A DNA stretch of 64,000 bases from Ignavibacteriota bacterium (GCA_016212665.1 JACREZ010000032.1:65566-129565), one strand, 5' to 3'; shown: positions 27,116 to 37,582, numbered from the stretch's first letter. Notes: generated from the letters alone by a model not told the origin. Numbers and translations are program-made.

Positions 27116-28300
27116 ATGAAAGCAGCTGTTGACTCCATATTAGATCTCTCGACTTGGGAACTACCAAATCCCAAAAATCCCGAGACGGCATATTTTCCTG
27201 CAAAGGACGGTGTTGGCAGGCAGATGGCACGTTGGATTCTTCCTGATAGTCTATCTCCACTCGACTTGTTCTGTTACATCCGGGCACGCTTCGGTCCGCC
27301 CAATGGTCCAACAATGTTGATCCGACAAAACTCAACCGACAATTTGATTCAATGGCATTACACCCTGCGAACAGGCACAATACCTATCGACATTGTTGGA
27401 TTGACATCACGCATTGAGGTCTCGTTTACTCACGTTCCTGAATTCTCTCGGGCTGATCAGGAGAAACTCGTCGAGAACATCAAGAAAGACATCTCCCATC
27501 GTGCACCAGAAATAAAGGCGGTGCGGCAACAGTTGGAGAAATACTCTCTTTTCATCAATCCATACAAACGTTTGTCTGACATCCTTGATGATTTGCAGAA
27601 CAGGCTGCAGGGTCTGAAACTCGACGAGATTCAATTGCCAAGGACACCTACCACTGCGGTTACAAAGAAAGAAGCGGAAGAATGGCAAGCCGAAGCCAAG
27701 CGTTGTCAAGTGGTATTCCGTGAAGGTGCTTTACTCGGCACCAGCATCAGGATGATTGCTCCCGTTCTTGGTGAGTCTTTCGTCAACCTGCTGATATTCA
27801 GTCTTGCCAAGCCAGAAATCAAGAACGATGAGCGACTATACAAGGATTTGATAAATAAGCAGATAGATATTAGAATCAAAAGTCTACATCTCTATTGCCA
27901 AGGGTTTGCAAAACCAATCGATGCGTCAAGCGACTCATTCAAGGACTTCCACACATTAATGAATCGTAGAAACGATATTCTCCACGGCAACATCGACCCG
28001 CTGAGGTTGAAGTATGACGAGGCGTACTTCTATGGAACAATTCCCCTTTTCACAACGCAAAAGGATTTTGCAACAAGAGGCATCAAGGAGTATCTGAGTG
28101 GTGTTGAGCCAGAGATTGCTCTTGCCGACATTCGCACTGTCACGAGGTTCGTGGAGTTTGTCTTGAATCATCTTTCGCCGGATTACATATCTTCGGTCGA
28201 AATGATAATGAATGATCCAAAGCCCGGATGGAGAGAGGACACCAAGCGAATCGGTATCCTTTTTTCCGGAGTTGCCGAAATGTTATTGATCAAGGAATGA
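27116..28300 (+). CDS. hypothetical protein (island gene)
   Basis: 394-aa ORF with GC higher than its neighbours and no recognisable motif. Confidence 0.5.
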   Translation: MKAAVDSILDLSTWELPNPKNPETAYFPAKDGVGRQMARWILPDSLSPLDLFCYIRARFGPPNGPTMLIRQNSTDNLIQWHYTLRTGTIPIDIVGLTSRIEVSFTHVPEFSRADQEKLVENIKKDISHRAPEIKAVRQQLEKYSLFINPYKRLSDILDDLQNRLQGLKLDEIQLPRTPTTAVTKKEAEEWQAEAKRCQVVFREGALLGTSIRMIAPVLGESFVNLLIFSLAKPEIKNDERLYKDLINKQIDIRIKSLHLYCQGFAKPIDASSDSFKDFHTLMNRRNDILHGNIDPLRLKYDEAYFYGTIPLFTTQKDFATRGIKEYLSGVEPEIALADIRTVTRFVEFVLNHLSPDYISSVEMIMNDPKPGWREDTKRIGILFSGVAEMLLIKE

Positions 28301-28373
28301 AGTGACACGTGCCGGCGTATAACAAGCAAAACACCGAACAAGGAATTAAGAGGAATATTTACTTAGGTGCCAA

Positions 28374-29033
28374 ATGCCAACGATAACTGAGACGGTTGAC
28401 AACCTTGACGAAGCCAAGATTCTCGGGTACTTCGAGGTTATTCGAGGAACTTTCCTGACAAAGATTCTTCAGTTCCTGATGATTCATGGTGAGAAAGACA
28501 GTCATCCAATCATTGCTCGATCCAAGATTCCCAACGATGTCATTGCGCAAGTCAAGCACGAATTTGGCAACGAAAAACTGTTCTTTCAGGCCCTTGAGCT
28601 CGAAAACGAAGAACTCTATCACAATCTGATGGAAGACATTCTCACATCGATACTGGTCGGGTCTTGGATTACTTTCGAACAGATCGCTAAAGACATTCCC
28701 AACCCCAATTATTCACACAATGCCGATGACCAGAGTCTAGACTATAAACGAGGAGATTTCGGATTTTCCAAGACAGAAAAGGATAACCTTGATCTGTTCT
28801 ACTACATTCGAAATTCAATTCAACATCACAACGGTGCTTACTTCGCTTCCAGAGAGGTAAACGCTAAGTACAATGAACAAGTCTTTCAATCCATCGGACA
28901 CATTGGAGAGAAGATGATTATCAGCCTTCAAACAGCATACAAAATTTGTCTCGACCTTGAACGACTTTCGTGTAAGGCTTGGTCAAATTATCAACGGCGC
29001 AAATACATCTCATTACAACCGTCTCCGTTGTAA
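28374..29033 (+). CDS. hypothetical protein (island gene)
   Basis: 219-aa ORF, 73 nt downstream of the previous gene on the same strand. Confidence 0.5.
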   Translation: MPTITETVDNLDEAKILGYFEVIRGTFLTKILQFLMIHGEKDSHPIIARSKIPNDVIAQVKHEFGNEKLFFQALELENEELYHNLMEDILTSILVGSWITFEQIAKDIPNPNYSHNADDQSLDYKRGDFGFSKTEKDNLDLFYYIRNSIQHHNGAYFASREVNAKYNEQVFQSIGHIGEKMIISLQTAYKICLDLERLSCKAWSNYQRRKYISLQPSPL

Positions 29034-29373
29034 CGTAAGTGCCTGACGCTCCAGCCTGCCTGCCGCAGGCATGGCGTCCATTATGAGGTATCGTGTACAT
29101 CTGCCTCTGCCACAAGAATACTCCATGATGCTACAAGTAAAATCAATTTTCATCCTTCCGCTTCTTATTTCTTTCATCCTATTTTCTATTTGTAACATCT
29201 TCATTTTGGTTTCTTCCTTCCTGTTTTTGATTAGTTTCAACACGTTTTCAATTTCTTTCATACTCATTTTTATTTGTTATTACCTATTTCGTATTAGTTA
29301 AATACTAATTTTTGTTTATTGCATACTATTTTCTATTTTTAGCATCCTCTATTCAAATTAATCAAACAACATT

Positions 29374-29727
29374 ATGCTAACTCTCGACCTAAAAGCAATT
29401 TGCAAACTTCGTGGCATTGATAGACCATACTCCTTTTTAGTAAAAGCGGGAATTTCTCCACAATCTGCAACAAAGTTAATAAACAGCAATACCCGCATTT
29501 TCCGCTTAGACCACATCGAAATCATTTGCGACAAACTTAACTGCACTCCCAATGACCTCCTTCGTTGGAAACCGGATAATGGTTCCACCCTCACCGACAA
29601 TCATTCTCTGACAAAATTATTACGGGATGAGAATTCATTCCAATTGCTCGAAACGTTAAAGGCTATACCATTAGAACAGTTAAACCAAATCGCAACACTC
29701 ATTAATCAACAAAAAACAGGCAAGTAA
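29374..29727 (+). CDS. XRE-family helix-turn-helix transcriptional regulator
   Basis: Cro/C1-type HTH: ICKLRGIDRPYSFLVKAGISPQSATKLINSNTRIFRLDHIEIICDKLNCTPNDLL. Confidence 0.65.
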   Translation: MLTLDLKAICKLRGIDRPYSFLVKAGISPQSATKLINSNTRIFRLDHIEIICDKLNCTPNDLLRWKPDNGSTLTDNHSLTKLLRDENSFQLLETLKAIPLEQLNQIATLINQQKTGK

Positions 29728-30032
29728 AAACCAAATCTCCAAATAATCAAAATTGAAATTAGCAAAGATATTCGTTATACTGTTACCGAACGATGAACAT
29801 GTCTGAAACAAATATCTTACGTTAGTCCTTCTTACGTTGCTCGGTCAACGACCTGTCGGGAAATACGCATCCGTATTTCAACAACTTAACGGTGAAGTTC
29901 TCACAATTTTGGAGCTAATCGGACAGAGAAACTCATCTTGAATCATTCTCAATATTCTTCGACCTCAATCATCTCAACGCCGGATAGAAATCTATTTTTC
30001 TACCGGAATTTCTACAATAATTTTACCTCGTA

Positions 30033-31850
30033 ATGTCTCCTTCTTCTTTTCATTCTTTCCATATTCCGGTCATGGGCTTGGCGTATACCGTGGACACGCC
30101 GCTCAAAGTAGCACGCTTCGGAATTAACTCTGTCGTTTCCATTATTGAAGATAACCTGCTGGAGGAGATGCGAAAATTTCATTGCATGCAGGCAAACGAA
30201 CAGTACATCCCCATCGGGAAGTACGAGTTCGATTGCCGTTCCCGCCGCGTGACTGAGTATTTGAATTTGTTAGAAAGAATCCTCCTCAGACAAATGGAAA
30301 AAATTAAGTCTGAACAATTTGAAGACGGGACAGATATTGTAAAGTATTTTGAACTGCTTCCCTCTTCTTCTCCACTACGCTATCTCTTCGACCAAATGAT
30401 GAACTTGGATGCAGGAGAAGAGAAATTGTTACTTCAGGAATCGCTCCGTGAAATCATTACCGCCGGTGCTATTGATGTAAACATTATGACCAAATGCGAC
30501 AGAACAAATTATTCTCAGTCGGGAGATGCATTACCCGTTGAGTATTCGGATGCGATGGCAGCCCTTCGCGGATTTGCAAACAGTCAACTTCGTTCTTCGG
30601 TTGTCTTCTCTGCGGGAATGAATCCACGCCTGTTCACCTACTGTGAAACATTCAAAGATTTTTTCCCGGATGAACATCAAAACCTGAATAAGAAAATCAC
30701 TCTGAAGGTAAGTGATTTCAGGTCAGCATTTATTCAGGGTAAATTTCTGGCAAAAAAAGGATTATGGGTTTCCGAATACAGAATCGAATCGGGTTTGAAT
30801 TGCGGCGGCCATGCATTTGCGACCGATGGTTATCTGCTCGCTCCGATATTGGACGAGTTCAAACATAAAAAAGAAGAATTAACCGCCGAACTGTTGGAGA
30901 TGTGTAACCATTCACTTCTCCAAAAAGAGATGAGAACGTTTTCGCACAAGCCAAATGTGAAAATCTCCGTTCAAGGCGGCATTGGTACAGCAAATGAACA
31001 TAATTTTCTGTTGGAACATTTTCAAGTTGACAGCGCGGGCTGGGGAAGCCCGTTTTTACTTGTGCCGGAAGTAACAAATGTTGATGAAGAAACCCTGCAC
31101 AATCTTGCTTCAGCAAAACAAGAGGATTACTACTTAAGTAACACTTCGCCTCTCGGTGTGCTGTTTAATAATTTTAGAAAGAGTTCTGCCGAACAGGAAA
31201 AAAAGAAAAGAATTGAAAACGGAAATCCCGGAAGCGCATGCTTCAATAAATATTTATCGTTCAATACTGAATTTACTGAAAAGCCCATTTGTGTTGCTTC
31301 ACGGGAATATCAGAATTTGAAAATCAATCAACTTACAGAACAACAACTTCCACCCGATGTTCTTGCAAAGCAAATAGAAAAAGTGACTGAAAAGGAATGT
31401 ATCTGCCAATACCTCGGTACATCTGCATATCTGAAAAACGAAATTCCTCCACCGCATAAAATTCAGGAAGTTACAATTTGCCCCGGACCCAATCTTGCAT
31501 ATTTCTCCAATACATTTTCATTGCGAGAAATGATTGACCACATTTACGGAAGAAAGAATATTCTCAACTCATTGCACCGACCAAATATGTTCATCAACGA
31601 GTTGAAGTTGTATGTTGATTATCTGGAAAAAGAAATTACCGATAGCATCGGTTCCGTGACGGAGAAAAAGAATAAATATTTGAAAACCTTTAAGGACAAT
31701 CTCCTTTCAGGAATTGAATATTATAAAACATTAGCGCAATCCATGATTCGGGAAACGGAACACTACCGTCAACATTTTGATGAAGCGTTAGGTAACCTCG
31801 AACAGTATTTAATGAATCTGGAAGTACCGGAGGCGTTTGTTCTAGAATAA
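30033..31850 (+). CDS. large hypothetical protein (island gene)
   Basis: 605-aa ORF with no recognisable domain. Convergent with the SIR2-like gene. Confidence 0.5.
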   Translation: MSPSSFHSFHIPVMGLAYTVDTPLKVARFGINSVVSIIEDNLLEEMRKFHCMQANEQYIPIGKYEFDCRSRRVTEYLNLLERILLRQMEKIKSEQFEDGTDIVKYFELLPSSSPLRYLFDQMMNLDAGEEKLLLQESLREIITAGAIDVNIMTKCDRTNYSQSGDALPVEYSDAMAALRGFANSQLRSSVVFSAGMNPRLFTYCETFKDFFPDEHQNLNKKITLKVSDFRSAFIQGKFLAKKGLWVSEYRIESGLNCGGHAFATDGYLLAPILDEFKHKKEELTAELLEMCNHSLLQKEMRTFSHKPNVKISVQGGIGTANEHNFLLEHFQVDSAGWGSPFLLVPEVTNVDEETLHNLASAKQEDYYLSNTSPLGVLFNNFRKSSAEQEKKKRIENGNPGSACFNKYLSFNTEFTEKPICVASREYQNLKINQLTEQQLPPDVLAKQIEKVTEKECICQYLGTSAYLKNEIPPPHKIQEVTICPGPNLAYFSNTFSLREMIDHIYGRKNILNSLHRPNMFINELKLYVDYLEKEITDSIGSVTEKKNKYLKTFKDNLLSGIEYYKTLAQSMIRETEHYRQHFDEALGNLEQYLMNLEVPEAFVLE

Positions 31851-32413
31851 ACTAACTCAAGTTGGCCGTTTAATAATAATTGCTAAGATAACTCAATATT
31901 GCCACATGACCATAAACAGTCACGCCAGTAAAATCAAGTCCAATAAAATCGGACGACATAAAACAGTCCCGTTTACGAGGCTTACTAATCATTTATGGTA
32001 ATACTACAGAAAATCGGAATAAACTAATCCTCTTTAAAGCGTCACGTTCCCCTTTCTGAGGAAACAAACATTGGAACACTATTGTTACCTTAGGGATTAT
32101 TACCAACTCATCTCGAAAGCATAACTATTCATTCTCATTAGGAACGATGGACTTCAAGAACACATGAGGGTAAGCTCAACTAAATCCTTCCGACAAATCC
32201 CTCCAGACCATCTGAATAATATTCGCACTTTGGAAAGAGAAGCCGATATCGTAATTCAGCTTCGTGACCATGTTGCACAACTATTACTTTTGGTTTTAAT
32301 TCCCGAGCCTGATAGGCTCGGATAAACAAAGAACGAATCCCGATATCTTCCTGTGGTAAAGAATAACCAATTATTACCCATGTGTTTGAAGACCGAAGAA
32401 ATTCGAGGGAATG

Positions 32414-33301
32414 TTACCACACTTCTACAATATTTGGATTATGATTTTCCCGGACAAACGACGGGGCAATGAGAGTTGAGCGAAGTTGGCGATTGGAACA
32501 ATGGCATGTACTAAAATAATCATCGTCCTTTTTATATGCCTGATGAACAATTGATCCTTCAAAATTAATATACATATGATCACACACGTCGCAATATAAC
32601 CAGTTGATGGAGCCATGCAGTTTGTAAAATCGAACTTTTGCACTGACTGCTCTGTCATGAATTGTCCCTGGCTCCACATCTCGCCATGCAAAACCAAAAT
32701 CAAACTCGTTACTTATTTTTAGAATATTGCTTTGATAATATTCATACAATTTACTTTCAATTCCAATATCATAATTCGTTGTAATTACACCCAAGGAATT
32801 TTCTTGCAGTTGTTTTATTATCCATTGGATAAATTTTCCTGTCACGGATTTATTAGCAGGGAATAGTTTTTCATATCGTTCTTGATAAACCTGAACGATT
32901 AAAAATGATATTGCCTGGTCGAGCAATTGGCGAAATTCTGTCAATTGATATCCAGACAACCGGGATGTGAGCGATTTTTCTTCCGAAAGAGAAAAATCAA
33001 GCATGGAAAGAACTTCTGTAATTAAAGGTAAATTCTTCTCTACGTCGGACATACAAAATATTCCATCGCCGGTATATTCCTTCGATTGGTTGATTGATTC
33101 TTGAAGATATTCTAACCCCGATAACATTTCATTTAAATATCCGGAAAGGATTTCCCTTCGCCGTTGATTTTCAGTTTCTGTGTTGAATTTATTATAAAGA
33201 TTATTCTTTGATAATTCCCGTAAAATTAAAGGGAAGATTTGTGGCGTCGTCATATACCCAAATGGTACCGATGCTCCCGCGCCTAAAAATAATGCTGTCA
33301 T
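32414..33301 (-). CDS. SIR2_2-family (SIR2-like, defence-associated) protein, N-terminal portion upstream of an in-frame TAA
   Basis: The N-terminus MTALFLGAGASVPFG is the characteristic SIR2_2 start motif. The same frame continues past the TAA at 32414-32416 for 77 more codons (32183..32413) that contain VIIGYSLPQEDIGIRSLF, the SIR2_2 C-terminal motif. Confidence 0.7.
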   Translation of the reverse strand: MTALFLGAGASVPFGYMTTPQIFPLILRELSKNNLYNKFNTETENQRRREILSGYLNEMLSGLEYLQESINQSKEYTGDGIFCMSDVEKNLPLITEVLSMLDFSLSEEKSLTSRLSGYQLTEFRQLLDQAISFLIVQVYQERYEKLFPANKSVTGKFIQWIIKQLQENSLGVITTNYDIGIESKLYEYYQSNILKISNEFDFGFAWRDVEPGTIHDRAVSAKVRFYKLHGSINWLYCDVCDHMYINFEGSIVHQAYKKDDDYFSTCHCSNRQLRSTLIAPSFVRENHNPNIVEVW

Positions 33302-33421
33302 GTTGTTCCTTTTATGAATTGAGTATGATGAAATCTGTCATTTCTTGTACCGTCAAGATCTTCCGTGACGGATGATTACCCTGAAAGTTCGTGTCAAGTC
33401 GTTATACAACTCCATAATAAT

Positions 33422-34666
33422 TCAATGGTAGACACTCTCTTTATTATCATATTTCTTTAGGGTCGTTAGTAACATCATTTTTACCTCAAGCGAGGTTTCG
33501 TTTTGGTAGAATAAGTTTAACTGTCTTTTTACTCTATCGCGTACATTCTCATCGCTGTTGTTTGCAAATGAACCGAGCACGTAAACACATAATCCCTTTG
33601 CTTCGAGATCGTTCGTCCTCAAAAACTTATTATATAATGGTTTTATGGAACGAGAATCCTGTATTCGGTACAGAAACGATGCGATTTTTTTTCTTTCGAT
33701 CGCGCTTCCGGAATCGAGCAAACTCACTGCTTTGAAATAAAAATCCTGTGACAAAATATCTTTACGTGTCCCTGCCGATGTCAGTGTTCCGACCGAATCA
33801 TGTTCTGTGAGCGCCATAAGATACAATGACAATTCTTCAAAACTCTCTGAGGCAATACTATCTCTCACCGTCACTGCGATTTCTTGTAAAAAGGGAGTCT
33901 CAACATTTGAAAGTTTTGATTGTAGTTTCAGTTGTTCGAACGGGTTTTTTTTGACTTTTATATTGTCTAAGATTTTTTTCGCTTCTTCGGAAGATATGGT
34001 TTTTTCTTGTAGAAATGGTTGTGCATACGCTATATTGAAAACATCGATCGGAAAAAAACGATGCGATGTCAGTTTATTCGTTTTTTCCCGAAATAATATC
34101 TTCATCGGTATCGAACCTGCATATTCAATGAACATTGTTACACGATCGTTTTCGACATGATGTAACAAATCTTCAGCGCTAAAACGAAGTTCACCGTATG
34201 TCTCCCATCCTCCTTGACTATTGCCAAAATATTTTGCAAGAACTAACGTTTGCATCTGATTCATATCGGATTTAGGAATATGAAGTATCCATTCATAGAC
34301 AAAGACACTTCCTTTTATTTTTTTCTTGATAAACATTCCGTCACCCATCGCCTCATACTGTAATAATCCTATCGGCAACGACCTTTCATCACTCCCAATT
34401 ATTTCTCCTCTAATAACTAAATCGTCTGTTTCTGTAATTACAGGATACACGACTAAAAACAGCATGACACCAATAATCAAACCTAACAAAATAAACATGC
34501 CTTTATACACAAAGACCTTTACTTTCATCGGCATGGAAGGGAAATACTTGTCAAGAAAATTGTAAATTTTCGTTGCGTGAACATCCAACGCTTCTGTTTT
34601 ATTTTTTGCCATAACTATCCTTTCATTATTGTATGTGAATATGATGTAATATTGTTTTTTTTTCAA
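33422..34666 (-). CDS. hypothetical membrane-anchored protein, upstream partner of the SIR2-like gene
   Basis: 414 aa with a TM segment GMFILLGLIIGVMLFLVVYPVI and a soluble C-terminal region. Same strand, 120 nt upstream of the SIR2-like gene. Confidence 0.55.
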   Translation of the reverse strand: MKKKQYYIIFTYNNERIVMAKNKTEALDVHATKIYNFLDKYFPSMPMKVKVFVYKGMFILLGLIIGVMLFLVVYPVITETDDLVIRGEIIGSDERSLPIGLLQYEAMGDGMFIKKKIKGSVFVYEWILHIPKSDMNQMQTLVLAKYFGNSQGGWETYGELRFSAEDLLHHVENDRVTMFIEYAGSIPMKILFREKTNKLTSHRFFPIDVFNIAYAQPFLQEKTISSEEAKKILDNIKVKKNPFEQLKLQSKLSNVETPFLQEIAVTVRDSIASESFEELSLYLMALTEHDSVGTLTSAGTRKDILSQDFYFKAVSLLDSGSAIERKKIASFLYRIQDSRSIKPLYNKFLRTNDLEAKGLCVYVLGSFANNSDENVRDRVKRQLNLFYQNETSLEVKMMLLTTLKKYDNKESVYH

Positions 34667-34769
34667 CAGTGGTTACTGTTCGTCCCAACATTCATATTCG
34701 ATGATGTTCAAGTCTGATCACGAATTGAACTTTCTTTTGTTAGACAAATTCTGACCGCGAATGTGTTCA

Positions 34770-35276
34770 TTAGCTCAATGCATGGAGAATGAATTTTATT
34801 TTCTCTCCTCTCGACCGCAATTTCCTCAGCGACTCATCAAGCAGTTCCCCGCATTTATAGATTGCATTGTTCTTCTTTCTAATATACCGGAAAAGAAGCC
34901 CGACGGAGAGAAACATCATGGCAACCAAAAAGACAGTTAGCCGCAGGACAAAAAAGAGCGTATCAACTGCTTCAATTTGTACAGTCGTTGTTGTTGTCAC
35001 TCCACTGCCGAGGTCTTGGGTAAAGGCAGGCAGACTGAGTGTAAGGGAAAATATCCATCCTGTAAACGCAAGGACAAACAGTGCATAAAAGAAAAACTCA
35101 ATCACGATGCCGAGACTTTTCATGAGTATCCTACCAAACGCATTCTGTTTGATTGACTGATAATACTTGTCAAACGATTGAATCATTGCATCCGTCTCCG
35201 ATAATTGATTTGTGTAATCAAGCCGGATATCGGGTGGAAGTATTGTGTTATTATTTTGTTCGGGTTGTTGGGTCAT
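34770..35276 (-). CDS. hypothetical membrane protein
   Basis: 168 aa with two or three TM segments. Overlaps the upstream gene by 4 nt. Confidence 0.45.
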   Translation of the reverse strand: MTQQPEQNNNTILPPDIRLDYTNQLSETDAMIQSFDKYYQSIKQNAFGRILMKSLGIVIEFFFYALFVLAFTGWIFSLTLSLPAFTQDLGSGVTTTTTVQIEAVDTLFFVLRLTVFLVAMMFLSVGLLFRYIRKKNNAIYKCGELLDESLRKLRSRGEKIKFILHALS

Positions 35277-36481
35277 GGTTGTGTTCCTTTGATTTGATAT
35301 TCATCATCAAAAACTTTCAAAACAAATTCTGTTGCAAACTCTTTCCCTTTAGGGGTTAAGATAAATAAACCACCCTGATCCTGCATGAGACCAAGTGTTT
35401 GAAAATACTGTATAGCTGTTGCTGGAATTGCAGTTCTTGGTAAGAATGGGGGATTAGAATTTTGAAGTTCTATAATTGTTTCGAAATGTTTTCTCAATTG
35501 TTGATTTGAAATAATTGTTCTAAGTTCCTTAGATAATTGTGAAGGTGTATTTTCATCTTTAATGCTTAATAATTCTTTTTCAAGTTGTATAATTTTTTCA
35601 GTAAGCTGATTATTATCGTGTTTTAATTCATGAATTTGATTAATCAATTCTTCTCTTTGGTTTTTTATGTCATTAAGTTTCAAACTCAATTCACTCTCGT
35701 TATTTAACACACGTCGAAATTCTCTATCCAATTCTTTGTACAAAGGAGATTCTTTAATATGATTATCAATATTGTTTATTCTATTACTTAAACCATTGAC
35801 TTCTTTCTTCAATGTTTCATTTTCAAAAGTAATGTTTTTGTCATGCTCAAGAAGTTGCTCATATGTTTCTTTTATTTTTTCAAATGCTGTAATCCTATCT
35901 TTTAACAAGACTATTTCTACATCTTTTGTATCAATTTCTTTTGAAAACTCTTCTTTTTGTTTTTGTAATGAAGTTTTAATCTCTAAAGTCTGCTCTAAAG
36001 TCAACAGCTTTTCTTTTTCATTCTTTAACTCTGTTATTTGATTTTCTAATACTACGATTTCTTTTTCTTTCGCATCGACAACTTTATTAAACTCTTCTTC
36101 CTGTTTTTGAATTGACTTTCTAATATCTATTGATTGTTCCAATGTCAGCAGTTGATTCTTTTCAATTTCGTTCTTAATATCCATTTGTCGTTTCTTGTGT
36201 ATTAACCAAATTTTCAAAAAGACTGTTGAGGCAAAAGGATATACCGAAACAATCAACATTGCAGAGAGTAACGGAAACAAAATTGTATTTGATATATCAA
36301 GATAATTTGCTTCAATAAACTGCAACCTATCAATGATTCTCAAACTCATATCATCATTAAACAGGTAATAAATAATTTTCCAGTTCCATGCAAACCATGA
36401 TAACACAAGAGCGCCCGAAAGGGGGCTGGATATTCTTTCGTAAAGTGTCAGTTGTATAGATTTTTTTATGTCGTCGAGCAT
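35273..36481 (-). CDS. hypothetical membrane + coiled-coil protein with internal sequence duplication
   Basis: N-terminal TM segments, then a long coiled coil containing a duplicated segment of about 45 aa (LLTLEQSIDIRKSIQKQEEEFNK... and LLTLEQTLEIKTSLQKQKEEFSK...). Confidence 0.5.
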   Translation of the reverse strand: MLDDIKKSIQLTLYERISSPLSGALVLSWFAWNWKIIYYLFNDDMSLRIIDRLQFIEANYLDISNTILFPLLSAMLIVSVYPFASTVFLKIWLIHKKRQMDIKNEIEKNQLLTLEQSIDIRKSIQKQEEEFNKVVDAKEKEIVVLENQITELKNEKEKLLTLEQTLEIKTSLQKQKEEFSKEIDTKDVEIVLLKDRITAFEKIKETYEQLLEHDKNITFENETLKKEVNGLSNRINNIDNHIKESPLYKELDREFRRVLNNESELSLKLNDIKNQREELINQIHELKHDNNQLTEKIIQLEKELLSIKDENTPSQLSKELRTIISNQQLRKHFETIIELQNSNPPFLPRTAIPATAIQYFQTLGLMQDQGGLFILTPKGKEFATEFVLKVFDDEYQIKGTQP

Positions 36482-36709
36482 AATGCTGTTCTTTCAATTA
36501 GTTTTGCATTCGTGTCAGGGGACCCTTCCCCCTCCCACCCCAGTCCTTTCCCTACTTTCCGCCAAAGTGGACAGGTGTATGGAAGGGGAGAGATTCATAT
36601 TATTTTTCAATTCTTGTTTCATACCATTTCATTGAGAAAATATTCAAAAGTATGTCACTCCCTTCCCTTCGGAGAATGGAAGTGCCGGGATGGGTTACTT
36701 CATATCACC

Positions 36710-37582
36710 TCACACCTTCACCACCGCCTCAACTCCGAAGTGATCTGAAAGCCGTGTGGTAGGTGTCGTGGCAAATGGCTGCACAGATACTTTTGTACAG
36801 GAAATGTTGCGTAACAGAGTTCCTTGCCCGTTGTCCGTTGGAAAACGATTGAAGGCGAACATGTAATCGAGTCGAAGTCGGTCACCATCATCATCCGGTA
36901 TCATGTTGCTGTTCTCTTTACAATCCCACGTGTAACCCGGAATTGTAATTTTGCTTTTCTCTCTGAATAAATCTCTTGGAAATCCCAAACTTCCCTTCAT
37001 GGAATTATATTCCTGGTCTACATCACCTATGACATTCATATCTCCACAGAGCATCACCGCAATATCATTTCTCGGTTTGTCATTCTCGTTCGCATGTACA
37101 TCAAGTTGAGTCAGAGCATGTCCGATGAACCGTCGTAGTTGCCGTAGCTGTGAGACGCGTGTCTGCTGGTACTGAACCTCTGACTGAAGATGAGTATTAA
37201 ACAAGAGGAACGTGAATGGCTTTTTACCATCGGTGAATGATAGCCGTGCGCCAAAGATTCCTTTATCAGCCCAGCAATCGGTAAATGAACATTCATTGAA
37301 TTCCTTGTATCCCCAACTTTCGATTGGATGCTTTGATGCAAAGAACAACCCGCTATCTTCATTAAATAGATCATTATCATGGCATTTCGGAACTTGGTGC
37401 TTCAAGGTTCGCCCAAACCCTTCAACAAACATTTCCCTGATGTCTTCATCAAAAACTTCTTGCAAACAAATAATATCGTATTTGTTCGCATTGATGGCTT
37501 TGATAATTTTCGCGGCACGTTCTTCACCGCCGGGACCGGGAAGCATTTTAACATTGAACGTGAGAATTTTAAGTGTCGGCAT
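36710..37582 (-). CDS. endonuclease/exonuclease/phosphatase (EEP) family protein, sphingomyelinase-like
   Basis: Starts LKILTFNVKML...DIICLQEV and ends ...SDHFGVEA, the EEP catalytic pattern. Confidence 0.7.
   Translation of the reverse strand: MPTLKILTFNVKMLPGPGGEERAAKIIKAINANKYDIICLQEVFDEDIREMFVEGFGRTLKHQVPKCHDNDLFNEDSGLFFASKHPIESWGYKEFNECSFTDCWADKGIFGARLSFTDGKKPFTFLLFNTHLQSEVQYQQTRVSQLRQLRRFIGHALTQLDVHANENDKPRNDIAVMLCGDMNVIGDVDQEYNSMKGSLGFPRDLFREKSKITIPGYTWDCKENSNMIPDDDGDRLRLDYMFAFNRFPTDNGQGTLLRNISCTKVSVQPFATTPTTRLSDHFGVEAVVKV

Noticed and set aside
29071-29301. 76-aa extremely hydrophobic ORF.
   Set aside because: Translation of a T/C-rich low-complexity tract. It overlaps an antisense ORF of similar size, and neither is supported.
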